Below, piece after piece: positions 29,001 through 36,590 of a stretch of DNA of 64,000 nt. This DNA is from an uncultured Gammaproteobacteria bacterium. Its GTDB lineage: Bacteria; Patescibacteriota; Patescibacteriia; Patescibacteriales; BS150m-G62. Each line of letters opens with the position of its first letter. Position 1 is the first letter of the stretch. The stretch is taken from positions 152 through 64,151 of the forward strand of contig CAZMSR010000005.1 in assembly GCA_964569045.1 (NCBI GenBank). Direction: 5' to 3'. The notes beneath the pieces are model-generated. The model ran no database searches, was not told the DNA's origin, and was given only the letters and a program-made list of their open reading frames with translations. The position numbers and the translations under genes are program-made.

Positions 29001-30366
29001 TGATTCTGATATAACTCTTTCAACTAGAACAGGTGCAACTTCGGTGCCTGATTTAAGTTGGACTGATTGGTCGCCAGAAATGACAAATGAGATTTTAAGT
29101 CAAGTTCCTGCAAGTCAAAATGATAGATATTTGCAATATAGAGCTACTTTAGCTATGAATTCAGCAACATCTACACCAGAATTGGATTATGTAACTATTA
29201 CATATTTGGGAGCAACCTCTTTTCAGTTGAACGATATAAGCGCTATTGATGAAAATGATTCTTGGGCTGTAGGTAATACAGGTAAAATTGCGCATTATAA
29301 TGGAGTTGGGTGGTCTTTATTTGTGGAGTTGGGTGGTGGCAATCTAAACACTATCGATATGGTTGATGCAAATGACGGTTGGGCAGCTGGGCAAGCAGGT
29401 GAAATTTATCATTATAATGGATCGGTCTGGTCATTATTTCAAGATACAGGTGGTGATACTTGGTATGCAATTGATATGGTAAATTCGTCATCCGGTTGGA
29501 TGACTGGGAATAGTGGTAAAATATGGTTTTATAATGGAGTTACATGGGCTTTATATGATGATTTGGGAAATAGGGATATCTATGATATTGATATGATTTC
29601 GTTGACTGAGGGTTGGGCAGTTGGAGATCATGGAGAAATTTATTATTATGATGGGGTTTTGTGGACATTATTCGATGATATTGGAACTACTGATTTATAT
29701 GGTGTGCATATGATTTCTGCTAACAATGGTTGGATAGTAGGTGCTTCAGGGAAAATTTATCGTTATGATGGAGTTAGTTGGAATTTAGTTTCTTCACCAA
29801 CTGGTCAGAATTTAAATGATGTATATGCTTTTGATGCTAGTGATTCTTTGGTGGTTGGTAATAATGGTGTGATTTTGCATTGGGATGGAATATCTTGGAC
29901 AAGTGTTGATAATCCAAATGCTGATGATTTATATTCAGTTGATATGTCTTCAATATTGGCTGGTTGGGTAGTTGGTTTTAAAGGGGTGGTATCTTTATTT
30001 AGAGAATCAGCTGATATTGTACCGCCTTTGGGGGTTTTGGTATCTTCTGCTTATCAGATGGGCACTTCTACCTATCCTATTGAAGTAATAGAGTGGGATC
30101 AAGAAATTCCTGAAGATTGCTCGCCAATTTCAGCTTGTACAATTAAATTTGAAATTAGAGTTGCCACGGATAATGGAGGTGGACCTGGAGCATGGTCGAG
30201 TTGGTATGGCGAGAATGGGCCAGGTACTTATTTTGAGAATGGTAGAGGAGGTCTAATTTCTCAAGATTTAAATTGGAATTCTTGGATGCAGTATCGAATG
30301 ACTATGACATCTGATGAGTTGGTTACGCCAATTTTGTATGAGGTTAGGATTAATTACAAAGATTAA
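26059..30366 (+). CDS. Giant pilus-locus protein: hydrophobic pilin-like N-terminus lacking Glu5, three beta-propeller-type repeat blocks, and three ~100-aa modules
   Basis: 1435 aa. N-terminus reads NKGVSVLGIILALAIYAIMSSAIISLILG. It carries ~21 copies of a ~39-aa unit and three copies of a W...W...P.GSDIT...R......P..SW..W......Y.QYR..L.....TP.L..V.I.Y module. Confidence 0.7.
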   Translation: MFGYMMFDKNVNNKGVSVLGIILALAIYAIMSSAIISLILGSFAGVMRSEQWIEGNSIAQEGYEAVRSIRDRAWNEVVLIKSAIATNTNGWVFSGEGTVEQIGDFTRTIDFEDVCRNLSNDIAACPSEYLDIQSKKVNIKVVWPILALGGIATSSAQYSTYLNNWEGPNWLQTDWTGGDGQSVWLNESKYYQDDTNFLTTDVGEIKLYTATEGGGWFPSGGFDVTDTSDVDFDGGTYNNATSIRTGDSSSVVLDEGYIWVEHADSTITTTEDINDISVVTASNIWAVANNGAILKYDGNSWQEHSNKGAIDLNALEMIDSTDGWAVGDGGQVFQYDNGADAWVNSLNIPEVNDDLVVEFNQGNLSNVVITSVDDGEIVLSQFNGWLERSESSVLTTENINSVSMVSANEIWAVGDSGKILYFDGINWVENNDLGADEIFDIDMVSSDEGWAVGQSSKFYYFNGVSWNIFNDLGNRLIYAVDMINANDGWATGDSGKIYHYDGVSWSEFVDLGNARIYDINMIDANDGWAVASAGRVYHYDGLIWSEFVDTGATDWYQVDFVDSDNGWMTGSNGKIWRYDGVSWSEVVDTGATTWLGLDMLDVNNGIVVGDAGQIQIWDGLSWVIESSPVTSDLNEVIYVNADDIWSVGSGGVIIQKGIFYQDSGTFESRIIDSGSALSNWATASWEEVLPAGSDITIQVRAGETATPDPTWSVWGSFLTNSNGSSVLSTVGQYVQYRVNFTRGFNPKVTSEFHDIAITYNEPTIENINDISIVSSDNYWVVGDGGFIANYNGFSLIGVVSPVSEVLNSIDMVSANEGWAVGESGKILYYDGVSWVEFVDTGVMNWMSVKMINSTNGWLVGGNGLIYNYDGASWALYSDEGTMTWNDLDVVSPVFGLVVGDGGQIYQFDGAVWQSMSSPVSLVLNAVDGLSSTNAWIGGSDGTILNYDLYHYPEGTFLSQVFDGAEVDPGWDVVYWQESLPVDSDITLSTRTGATSVPDLSWTDWSPEMTNEILSQVPASQNDRYLQYRATLAMNSATSTPELDYVTITYLGATSFQLNDISAIDENDSWAVGNTGKIAHYNGVGWSLFVELGGGNLNTIDMVDANDGWAAGQAGEIYHYNGSVWSLFQDTGGDTWYAIDMVNSSSGWMTGNSGKIWFYNGVTWALYDDLGNRDIYDIDMISLTEGWAVGDHGEIYYYDGVLWTLFDDIGTTDLYGVHMISANNGWIVGASGKIYRYDGVSWNLVSSPTGQNLNDVYAFDASDSLVVGNNGVILHWDGISWTSVDNPNADDLYSVDMSSILAGWVVGFKGVVSLFRESADIVPPLGVLVSSAYQMGTSTYPIEVIEWDQEIPEDCSPISACTIKFEIRVATDNGGGPGAWSSWYGENGPGTYFENGRGGLISQDLNWNSWMQYRMTMTSDELVTPILYEVRINYKD
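26872..30000 (+). repeat. ~39-aa beta-propeller blade repeats in three blocks (9 + 5 + 7 by my count)
   Basis: Unit of the form D(I/M)xMVSxNxGWAVGxSGKIxxYDGVSWxxFxDxG. Blocks lie at about 26872-28029, 28354-28899 and 29227-30000. The repeats have diverged at nucleotide level. Confidence 0.7.
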
Positions 30367-30413
30367 ATTGTAGTTATTTTTTAATGAATTGCACAAAATA
30401 TTAAGTTAAAGGC

Positions 30414-30956
30414 ATGATCAATAAAAATAGAAAATTTAGTAAAATATTGAAAAATAATCAGAATGGCACATCATTTGTTGAAATGCTTTTGTATGTGGCA
30501 ATTATGGCGTTAGTTTTGATTTCTATGGTTAGATTTTCAATGAGCGTGCATGCTAGTTATGTTAAAAATTATGTTTCTCAGCAAGTTCATGATAATTTGC
30601 GAAATGCTGTTTACTATTTAACAACAAGGATAAAATTATCTAATGGTTTGAATGAAGTAAATTCATTGCTGGATGTAGATCCTGGAGTGCTGTATTTAAA
30701 TACTTTTGATCCATTTACAAATCCTATTGTATTTAGCTTAGATGAGGATGATGGCGCTTTATTTTTATCAGAAGGAGTTTCAGCGCCCTTACCTATAACT
30801 AGTAATGAAATAAAGTTTACAAAATTAATTTTTTCAAAAATTAATACTAAAGGTCGTGATAGTATTTTAATTACTCTTAAGGCTGAAACTGATGGTGATA
30901 CAGCTGAGCATAAATATGCACAGGAAATACAAACAACAGTAAGTTTGAGATATTAA
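30414..30956 (+). CDS. Minor pilin / pseudopilin-like protein
   Basis: 180 aa. The prepilin-type N-terminus NQNG|TSFVEMLLYVAIMALVLISM has Glu at +5. Confidence 0.65.
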   Translation: MINKNRKFSKILKNNQNGTSFVEMLLYVAIMALVLISMVRFSMSVHASYVKNYVSQQVHDNLRNAVYYLTTRIKLSNGLNEVNSLLDVDPGVLYLNTFDPFTNPIVFSLDEDDGALFLSEGVSAPLPITSNEIKFTKLIFSKINTKGRDSILITLKAETDGDTAEHKYAQEIQTTVSLRY

Positions 30957-31060
30957 TAAAATTTGATATTTGATAAGCTGTTTTGTTAGAATTGCGAGGC
31001 TTGTTTACTGTAATTATTTAGTACAATTCACTTTATTTTTACACTTTACTTAAGAATATA

Positions 31061-31191
31061 ATACCATTCCCAATTTTGGCTACAAAATTCGTTTCGTGTT
31101 CAACATAATTCATTATGCTTCACATTCCAGCTTGTTTCTCGCTCAAAATTGAAAAATGTTTTTATTACGAAGCGTTAATTGGGAATGGTAT
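31061..31191. repeat. 131-bp element closed by a 15-bp perfect inverted repeat (candidate structured RNA or MITE-like insert)
   Basis: ataccattcccaatt (31061-31075) pairs with aattgggaatggtat (31177-31191). There is an internal helix cgtttcgt/acgaagcg. TATAAT overlaps the left arm's first two bases (31057-31062), and aagtttttt follows the right arm. Confidence 0.45.
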
Positions 31192-31226
31192 AAGTTTTTT
31201 AGTAAAATTTTATTACATTAAGTAGC

Positions 31227-31664
31227 ATGAATAAGCTTTTTAAAATAATATGGCATAGCGAATGTGGTGCTGCCATGGCAATATATACTATTATTGTTAC
31301 TTCAGCTGCTTTAATAATGGCAAGTGTTGCTGCTGAGGCAGGGCTTTTTGATATTGAAATGTCTTATCAAGATCAAAAATCAACCGAGGCTTTGTATATT
31401 ACTGAGGGATGTGCTGAAGAGGTGCTTAGAAGAATACGAATTAATGAAAATTATGGCGTTGGCGCAGGAGATATTAATTTATCAGTTTTAGGTGGATCAT
31501 GTATAATAGAAGTAACAGATGAAGGTGATGGGGAGAGATTGATTGTTTTAGAAGGTACTGCTTATGATGAGGGTAATTATTCTTATAGTAAAGTTGTTTA
31601 TATTGTGCTTATGATTGATCAGTTTACAAAAGAGTTACGCATGACAGGATGGACAGAGATATAA
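31227..31664 (+). CDS. PilX_N-like minor pilus protein
   Basis: 145 aa. A hydrophobic N-terminus GAAMAIYTIIVTSAALIMASVAAEAG is followed by ALYITEGCAEEVL, resembling the PilX N-terminal pattern (AEaG). Confidence 0.45.
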   Translation: MNKLFKIIWHSECGAAMAIYTIIVTSAALIMASVAAEAGLFDIEMSYQDQKSTEALYITEGCAEEVLRRIRINENYGVGAGDINLSVLGGSCIIEVTDEGDGERLIVLEGTAYDEGNYSYSKVVYIVLMIDQFTKELRMTGWTEI

Positions 31665-31692
31665 GAGAGACTATTTTATATTAATAATATTA

Positions 31693-33870
31693 ATGAATTT
31701 TTCATTTTCAAAATTTACAAAAATTACTAAAAAAATTACTCAGGCAAAAAGAGTGATTGGTATTGATATTGATGATAGGAGTATAGAGATAGCTTTGCTT
31801 GAAAAAGCAGAGGGTAAACCTAGAATAATATCTCTTGGTAGAATTGTGATGGATTTTGGAGTTGTGGAAAATGGCATAATTAAAAATGAAAAAAAATTAT
31901 CAAAATTGCTTATAAAGGTTTTTAATAGAGCTCAACCTCAATCTTTAAATTTAAAAAGTGAAAAATTAAAAGGCACAAGTTTTATTTTTAGCTTGTCTGT
32001 TTCTAAAGTTTACACACAGATTTTTGATTTTAATATTAATTCAAGTGAGTTAAGTAAAAATGAATTTGAGCAAACACTTCTTTCTGGAATAGATCAAAAA
32101 GTTAAATCTTATATTCCTTTAGAGCCAAGTAATTTATTATATAGTTATAAGATTTTACGTAAAAGTGACAGTAAAACAAAGGTTTTAATAGTTGCTACAG
32201 ATAAAAAAAATACAAGGGATTGGTTTCGATTTTTTAAGAAAAATAATATAATAATTGATTTTTTTGATGTTGAGGCATTAGCTTTATTTAGAGGATTGTT
32301 AGTAAAAGAACAAAAGTTGCCAGTTTGTGTTGTTGACATAGGGGCATCAAATACACTAATTAGTGTATTTGATAAGACTGGTTTGTATTATTCGTATTCT
32401 TTGGATATTGCCGGAGATAATTTAACTGAAGAATTAGTGCGAAAAATGAAGGTAAGATACAATCAAGCAGAGAATTTAAAAGAAAAATATGGATTAGCTG
32501 ATCCATCTAAAAAGGTTTTTCCAATTTTAATTAAAGTGTTAGAGCCTGTAGTAAAAGAAATAGGTGTGGCTATTGATTTTTACAAAAAGAATGCAAAGAA
32601 GGATATTAAAGGAGTGATTATGGTTGGTGGTACTTCAAAATTGCGAGGTCTTTCTGATTATTTAAGCACAAACTTAGATGTAAAAATTTGGTCTGGAAAT
32701 TCAGTTTTAGTTAAACAAAAAACTCCTTTAGAATTTATTGAAGCAATTGGCTTGGCTTTAGGTGGGTTAAGTAAGAAGTATTCTGATTTATTAATAAAAT
32801 TTAAGGAAGAAGAGTCCAAAGTTAAAATTGATTTAAAGAATTTTAATTTTAAAAAAGATTTTAAAAAAATAATAATTTCTTTGATAAAGCGAATGAAAAG
32901 TTTTGTTAAAAATGAGCAAAAAACAAAGAAAATTATTAATAAATTTGTTTTTAATCAAAAAATATTAGTAATTGTTTTTATTGTTTCATTAATTTTTTTA
33001 AGTGCGGCTTTTTTTTACAGAGAACAAGATAGAAGCAAAAGAGCAATGCAAATTAAAACAAAAGTAACGCAATTTGCTCAAACTCAAGTTTTGAATATTG
33101 ATGTACCAATAGCTCTTAATATTAGTGAGTATAAAGAAGATAGAGTATCGGCTAGGTTGGTAAATGATGTTGTTGAAATCGCTAAAGGGTATTCTGATGC
33201 TTTGGAAATATCTAGTCAGGCTGTGCAAAATAGTATTAAAGAAGGAGAGGTTATTTGGGGGCAGCCAATCAATGCTATTAATAAAAATAATATAATTTTT
33301 CCATTAAGAATTAATTGGCTTATTTATAATCAGGAAGAAGCAGATGAACTTGTTGTTAAAGAAATTGATAAATTAAATACTAAAGAAAGCGATTATATAT
33401 TAAATAAAATAGAAAGAATGAGTATATCATATACTGATAATCCAAATGTTATGATGTTTGCAAATAGAGTTGTTATTTCTTCTCATGAGCCATTTGAGAT
33501 TGTGAATAACTTAGATATAAAAAAAGAATTGATTGAAAATACTGCAATTCAATTAGAGGGTGGTGGTGAAAATAAGATTACTAAAGAACAGTTTGAACAG
33601 GAAGTAGAAACGAACAATGAAGAGGTAAAAGAAGAAGTATTAGAAGAAGAAGCCTTAAATAAAGGAGAGGATATGGTTCTTATACTTGAGACTGAGATTG
33701 GTTGGTTAAATGTACGAAGTGGACAAGGGGTGTCTTTTGATCTTATTGGAAGAGTGAGTCCGGGTGAAAGTTATCCACTTCTAGAAGAGCAAGAAAAATG
33801 GTATAAAATAAAAGTAAGTGATAGATTGTCTGGGTGGATAAGTAGTGCTTATACTGAAATCATTAAATGA
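31693..33870 (+). CDS. pilM: PilM-like actin-fold ATPase fused to a TM segment, a long linker and a C-terminal SH3b domain
   Basis: 725 aa. PilM-like N-terminus (IGIDIDDRSIEIALL...VVDIGASNTLISV...MVGGTSKLRGL). TM segment ILVIVFIVSLIFLSAAFFY. The C-terminus GWLNVRSGQGVSFDLIGRVSPGESYPLLEEQEKWYKIKV is SH3-like. Confidence 0.75.
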   Translation: MNFSFSKFTKITKKITQAKRVIGIDIDDRSIEIALLEKAEGKPRIISLGRIVMDFGVVENGIIKNEKKLSKLLIKVFNRAQPQSLNLKSEKLKGTSFIFSLSVSKVYTQIFDFNINSSELSKNEFEQTLLSGIDQKVKSYIPLEPSNLLYSYKILRKSDSKTKVLIVATDKKNTRDWFRFFKKNNIIIDFFDVEALALFRGLLVKEQKLPVCVVDIGASNTLISVFDKTGLYYSYSLDIAGDNLTEELVRKMKVRYNQAENLKEKYGLADPSKKVFPILIKVLEPVVKEIGVAIDFYKKNAKKDIKGVIMVGGTSKLRGLSDYLSTNLDVKIWSGNSVLVKQKTPLEFIEAIGLALGGLSKKYSDLLIKFKEEESKVKIDLKNFNFKKDFKKIIISLIKRMKSFVKNEQKTKKIINKFVFNQKILVIVFIVSLIFLSAAFFYREQDRSKRAMQIKTKVTQFAQTQVLNIDVPIALNISEYKEDRVSARLVNDVVEIAKGYSDALEISSQAVQNSIKEGEVIWGQPINAINKNNIIFPLRINWLIYNQEEADELVVKEIDKLNTKESDYILNKIERMSISYTDNPNVMMFANRVVISSHEPFEIVNNLDIKKELIENTAIQLEGGGENKITKEQFEQEVETNNEEVKEEVLEEEALNKGEDMVLILETEIGWLNVRSGQGVSFDLIGRVSPGESYPLLEEQEKWYKIKVSDRLSGWISSAYTEIIK

Positions 33871-34028
33871 TTTAAAAAGAAATAGTTGCTAGATTGCAGT
33901 ATTGTCATATTGTCGTTAATGTGATAATTAGGCAATGTAGCAATTGCTCTATTATAATTAATTTTTTACGTATTGTATATTAAAGATAAATAATTTATTT
34001 TTAATTTCAAACGTAAATAAAGAAGGCT

Positions 34029-34553
34029 ATGCCCAAAAGGTTTAAAGGTGCTAGCGGTTTTACTCTAATTGAGTTATTGCTAGTTATTGCCATAATTGCT
34101 ATTTTGGCAGCAATAATATTTGTTGCTCTTGATCCTCTAAAAAGGTTCCAAGATGCACGTGATGCTCGTAGATGGTCAGAGGTAGAGGAGGTATTGCATG
34201 CAATTAAAATTGATCAAATTGATAATCGTGGTAAATATTTAGATACAATTGCAGCTTTACCATCTGGTGAAATGTGGATGATTTCTGCAACTAATACTGC
34301 TACGACTTCATGTAATGTTAATTGTACTACTGGTAATAATTTTGTTGTAGCTAGTACTTCAGCCTGCGTCGATATTTCCGGTTTAGTTGATGAGGGATAT
34401 TTATCAACAATCCCAGTAAGTCCTACAAGTCCAGATTTGTCAGCTGATTGGTCAAGTGGTTATACCGGTTATACAATTCAAAGAAGTGGTCAGTATATTA
34501 CAATTGGAGCTTGTGAGGGTGAAGGTGGTGAAACAATTTACGCACAAAGATAA
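34029..34553 (+). CDS. Type IV pilin (paralog 1)
   Basis: 174 aa. GASG|FTLIELLLVIAIIAILAAIIF, four Cys, and a C-terminal GYTIQRSGQYITIGACEGE. Confidence 0.85.
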   Translation: MPKRFKGASGFTLIELLLVIAIIAILAAIIFVALDPLKRFQDARDARRWSEVEEVLHAIKIDQIDNRGKYLDTIAALPSGEMWMISATNTATTSCNVNCTTGNNFVVASTSACVDISGLVDEGYLSTIPVSPTSPDLSADWSSGYTGYTIQRSGQYITIGACEGEGGETIYAQR

Positions 34554-34568
34554 AAAAACAGAAATGTA

Positions 34569-34608
34569 AAAAAGTGAGTTTGTTAAAAGCTCGCTTTTTT
34601 GATTTTTT
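34569..34608 (+). terminator. Intrinsic terminator after pilin 1
   Basis: Stem aaaaagugag / cucgcuuuuu (one G-U pair), followed by gatttttt. Confidence 0.6.
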
Positions 34609-34713
34609 AATTGTGTGATATAATGTTTACATAAAGATAAATATTCACAGCTTTTGGAATACATTATGTTTGTAGGAATTTTATAATATTTTTAGATATT
34701 TTTATTTAATTTT

Positions 34714-35244
34714 ATGTTATTAAAAAAGCAATATGAGTTAAAACAATATGGTTTTACCTTGATTGAATTGTTGCTTGTTATAGCAATTATTGCTATATTG
34801 GCTGCGACTATTTTTGTTGCTTTGGACCCACTAAGAAGGTTTCAAGATTCTAGAGATTCTAGGCGGTGGTCTGACGCTAATTCTATGTTAAGTGCTATAA
34901 AAATTGATCAAATTGATAATCGTGGAAAGTATTTAGCTGATATTAGTAATATTCCTTCTGCTAGTTCATCTGAGATTTTTATGATTAGTGATGGCTTGAC
35001 TACTTCCGGTTGTGATGATGCAAATACCTTTTGTGATACTAATGTTACTGATGATGATAATTGTATTGATATTTCCGGGTTAGTAACTGAGGGGTATATG
35101 GCTGATGTACCGCTTAGTCCTGATGGAGATGGCGAGTGGAGTGCTAGTTCAACAGGCTATACTTTACAAAAAAGTCCTCAGGGTTATATTACAATTAGGG
35201 CATGTGAATCAGAAAATACAGACGAAATTAGCGTAAGAAGGTAG
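34714..35244 (+). CDS. Type IV pilin (paralog 2)
   Basis: 176 aa. QYG|FTLIELLLVIAIIAILAATIF, with the same 4-Cys layout and the same C-terminal GYTLQK...ITIRACE motif. Confidence 0.85.
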   Translation: MLLKKQYELKQYGFTLIELLLVIAIIAILAATIFVALDPLRRFQDSRDSRRWSDANSMLSAIKIDQIDNRGKYLADISNIPSASSSEIFMISDGLTTSGCDDANTFCDTNVTDDDNCIDISGLVTEGYMADVPLSPDGDGEWSASSTGYTLQKSPQGYITIRACESENTDEISVRR

Positions 35245-35266
35245 AAAAATATAATGCAATAAGATT

Positions 35267-35782
35267 ATGTGTTTAGAAAAAAGAGAAAATCAAAATAAAG
35301 GTTTTACATTAATTGAATTATTAATAGTTATAGCTATAATAGCTATACTTATTTCAGCAATATTTACGGCTTTAAATCCTTTAAAAAGATTTAAGGATTC
35401 TCGTGATGCTAAAAGGTGGCAAGAGGTAGTTTCTATATTGAATGCTATAATTATTGATCAAGTTGATAACAGAGGTTTTTATGTTGATGTAGTAAGTAAT
35501 ATGACCCCAGATAAAGTCTATATGGTTGGTACAGCTACTACCGGGTGTGATGATAAGAATGCTTATTGCGCTACGGCCGTAGAAGGTGATGCATATTGTA
35601 TTGATTTGGCGTCAATGGTTGATGAATATTATTTAGGTAAAATACCTGTTGCACCAGCTGGAAATACAATTTGGTCAACTAGTATATCTGGTTACACTTT
35701 AGAGCGTATCTCAACTGATAATATTACTGTAAGAGCTTGTGAAGTCGAAGGTGGTGGTGGTGAAATTTCTGTCACTCATTAA
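35267..35782 (+). CDS. Type IV pilin (paralog 3)
   Basis: 171 aa. NKG|FTLIELLIVIAIIAILISAIF, with the same 4-Cys layout and GYTLER...ITVRACE. Confidence 0.85.
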   Translation: MCLEKRENQNKGFTLIELLIVIAIIAILISAIFTALNPLKRFKDSRDAKRWQEVVSILNAIIIDQVDNRGFYVDVVSNMTPDKVYMVGTATTGCDDKNAYCATAVEGDAYCIDLASMVDEYYLGKIPVAPAGNTIWSTSISGYTLERISTDNITVRACEVEGGGGEISVTH

Positions 35783-36050
35783 GTTTTTAAATAGTTTTAA
35801 ATTTTAATAATTTTTGAAAAATAAAAAATAGTAGTATAACTATACCTAGAAGCTTAAATTTAAGGCATCTAGCAATCTAATAGGAGGGTTTTGATTACCA
35901 AGTACCACTTCCAGGTATAATTATATTACTATTTTTTAATTGTATAGTCCTTTATTTAATAAAATTTTTAGTAAATACTCATTGGTTAATATATATATTG
36001 AACCAAGTAGAAATATTAGGCAATTATTCATTGTAGCATTACTATAAATT

Positions 36051-36287
36051 ATGTCAATAACAAAAAAGACAATATATTTTTCAAAATATGCAGAGAAGAA
36101 GTTTGATGTTTTAAATAAACACAAAGTTTACTTTACTCATGAGTTAATAGAAGATGCAGTTAAGAATTCCGATCAAATTGGTAAATTGAATAACTTTAAA
36201 ACATTTCAAAGAGATGGAGTGAAAGTAATTGGAAAAGAAGAGTTAGGGGTTTTTGTAATTTTAACTTTTTATCCTGTAAAAGTATAG
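36051..36287 (+). CDS. DUF4258-like small protein (putative toxin-like partner)
   Basis: 78 aa. It ends VILTFYPVKV, as DUF4258 members do (..VITvYrP). The assignment is from memory of the family pattern. Confidence 0.45.
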   Translation: MSITKKTIYFSKYAEKKFDVLNKHKVYFTHELIEDAVKNSDQIGKLNNFKTFQRDGVKVIGKEELGVFVILTFYPVKV

Positions 36288-36290
36288 TAT

Positions 36291-36512
36291 ATGTATTATG
36301 ATCCTGAAGTAAATATTTTGTATATAGAATTATCAAAACGTGCAATAGTGCATGCTATTGAATTAGGTAATTTTATTATTCATATTTCAGAAAAGAATAC
36401 GCCAGTTTTAATAGAAGTATTGAATGCTTCTAAGTATAAAGCTGAATTTAGTAAAATAAAAGATTTAGCAAGTGTGAATGAAATATTAACAAAAAAAGCT
36501 TTAGAGCATTAA
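36291..36512 (+). CDS. DUF2283-like small protein
   Basis: 73 aa. It starts MYYDPEVNILYIELS, matching the YD.E.D.LYI.L signature of DUF2283. It lies 3 nt after the upstream gene. Confidence 0.55.
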   Translation: MYYDPEVNILYIELSKRAIVHAIELGNFIIHISEKNTPVLIEVLNASKYKAEFSKIKDLASVNEILTKKALEH

Positions 36513-36543
36513 GGGGCTATTGCCAAATTTATTACAGTATTTT

Positions 36544-36572
36544 AAAAAACAACCTATAAAAGGCTGTTTTTT
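36544..36572. terminator. Bidirectional terminator between the convergent 36291..36512 gene and rpoC
   Basis: aaaaaacaacc-tataaaa-ggctgtttttt. The A-run and T-run flank the stem on both strands. Confidence 0.5.
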
Positions 36573-36590
36573 GTTATTAATTTTTTTTAC

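Noticed and set aside
26800-30000. Periodic sequence that could be mistaken for a CRISPR-like or satellite array
   Set aside because: The periodicity is ~117 nt at protein level, with diverged nucleotides and no conserved direct repeat/spacer structure. It lies entirely inside one long ORF. I found no CRISPR array anywhere in the window.
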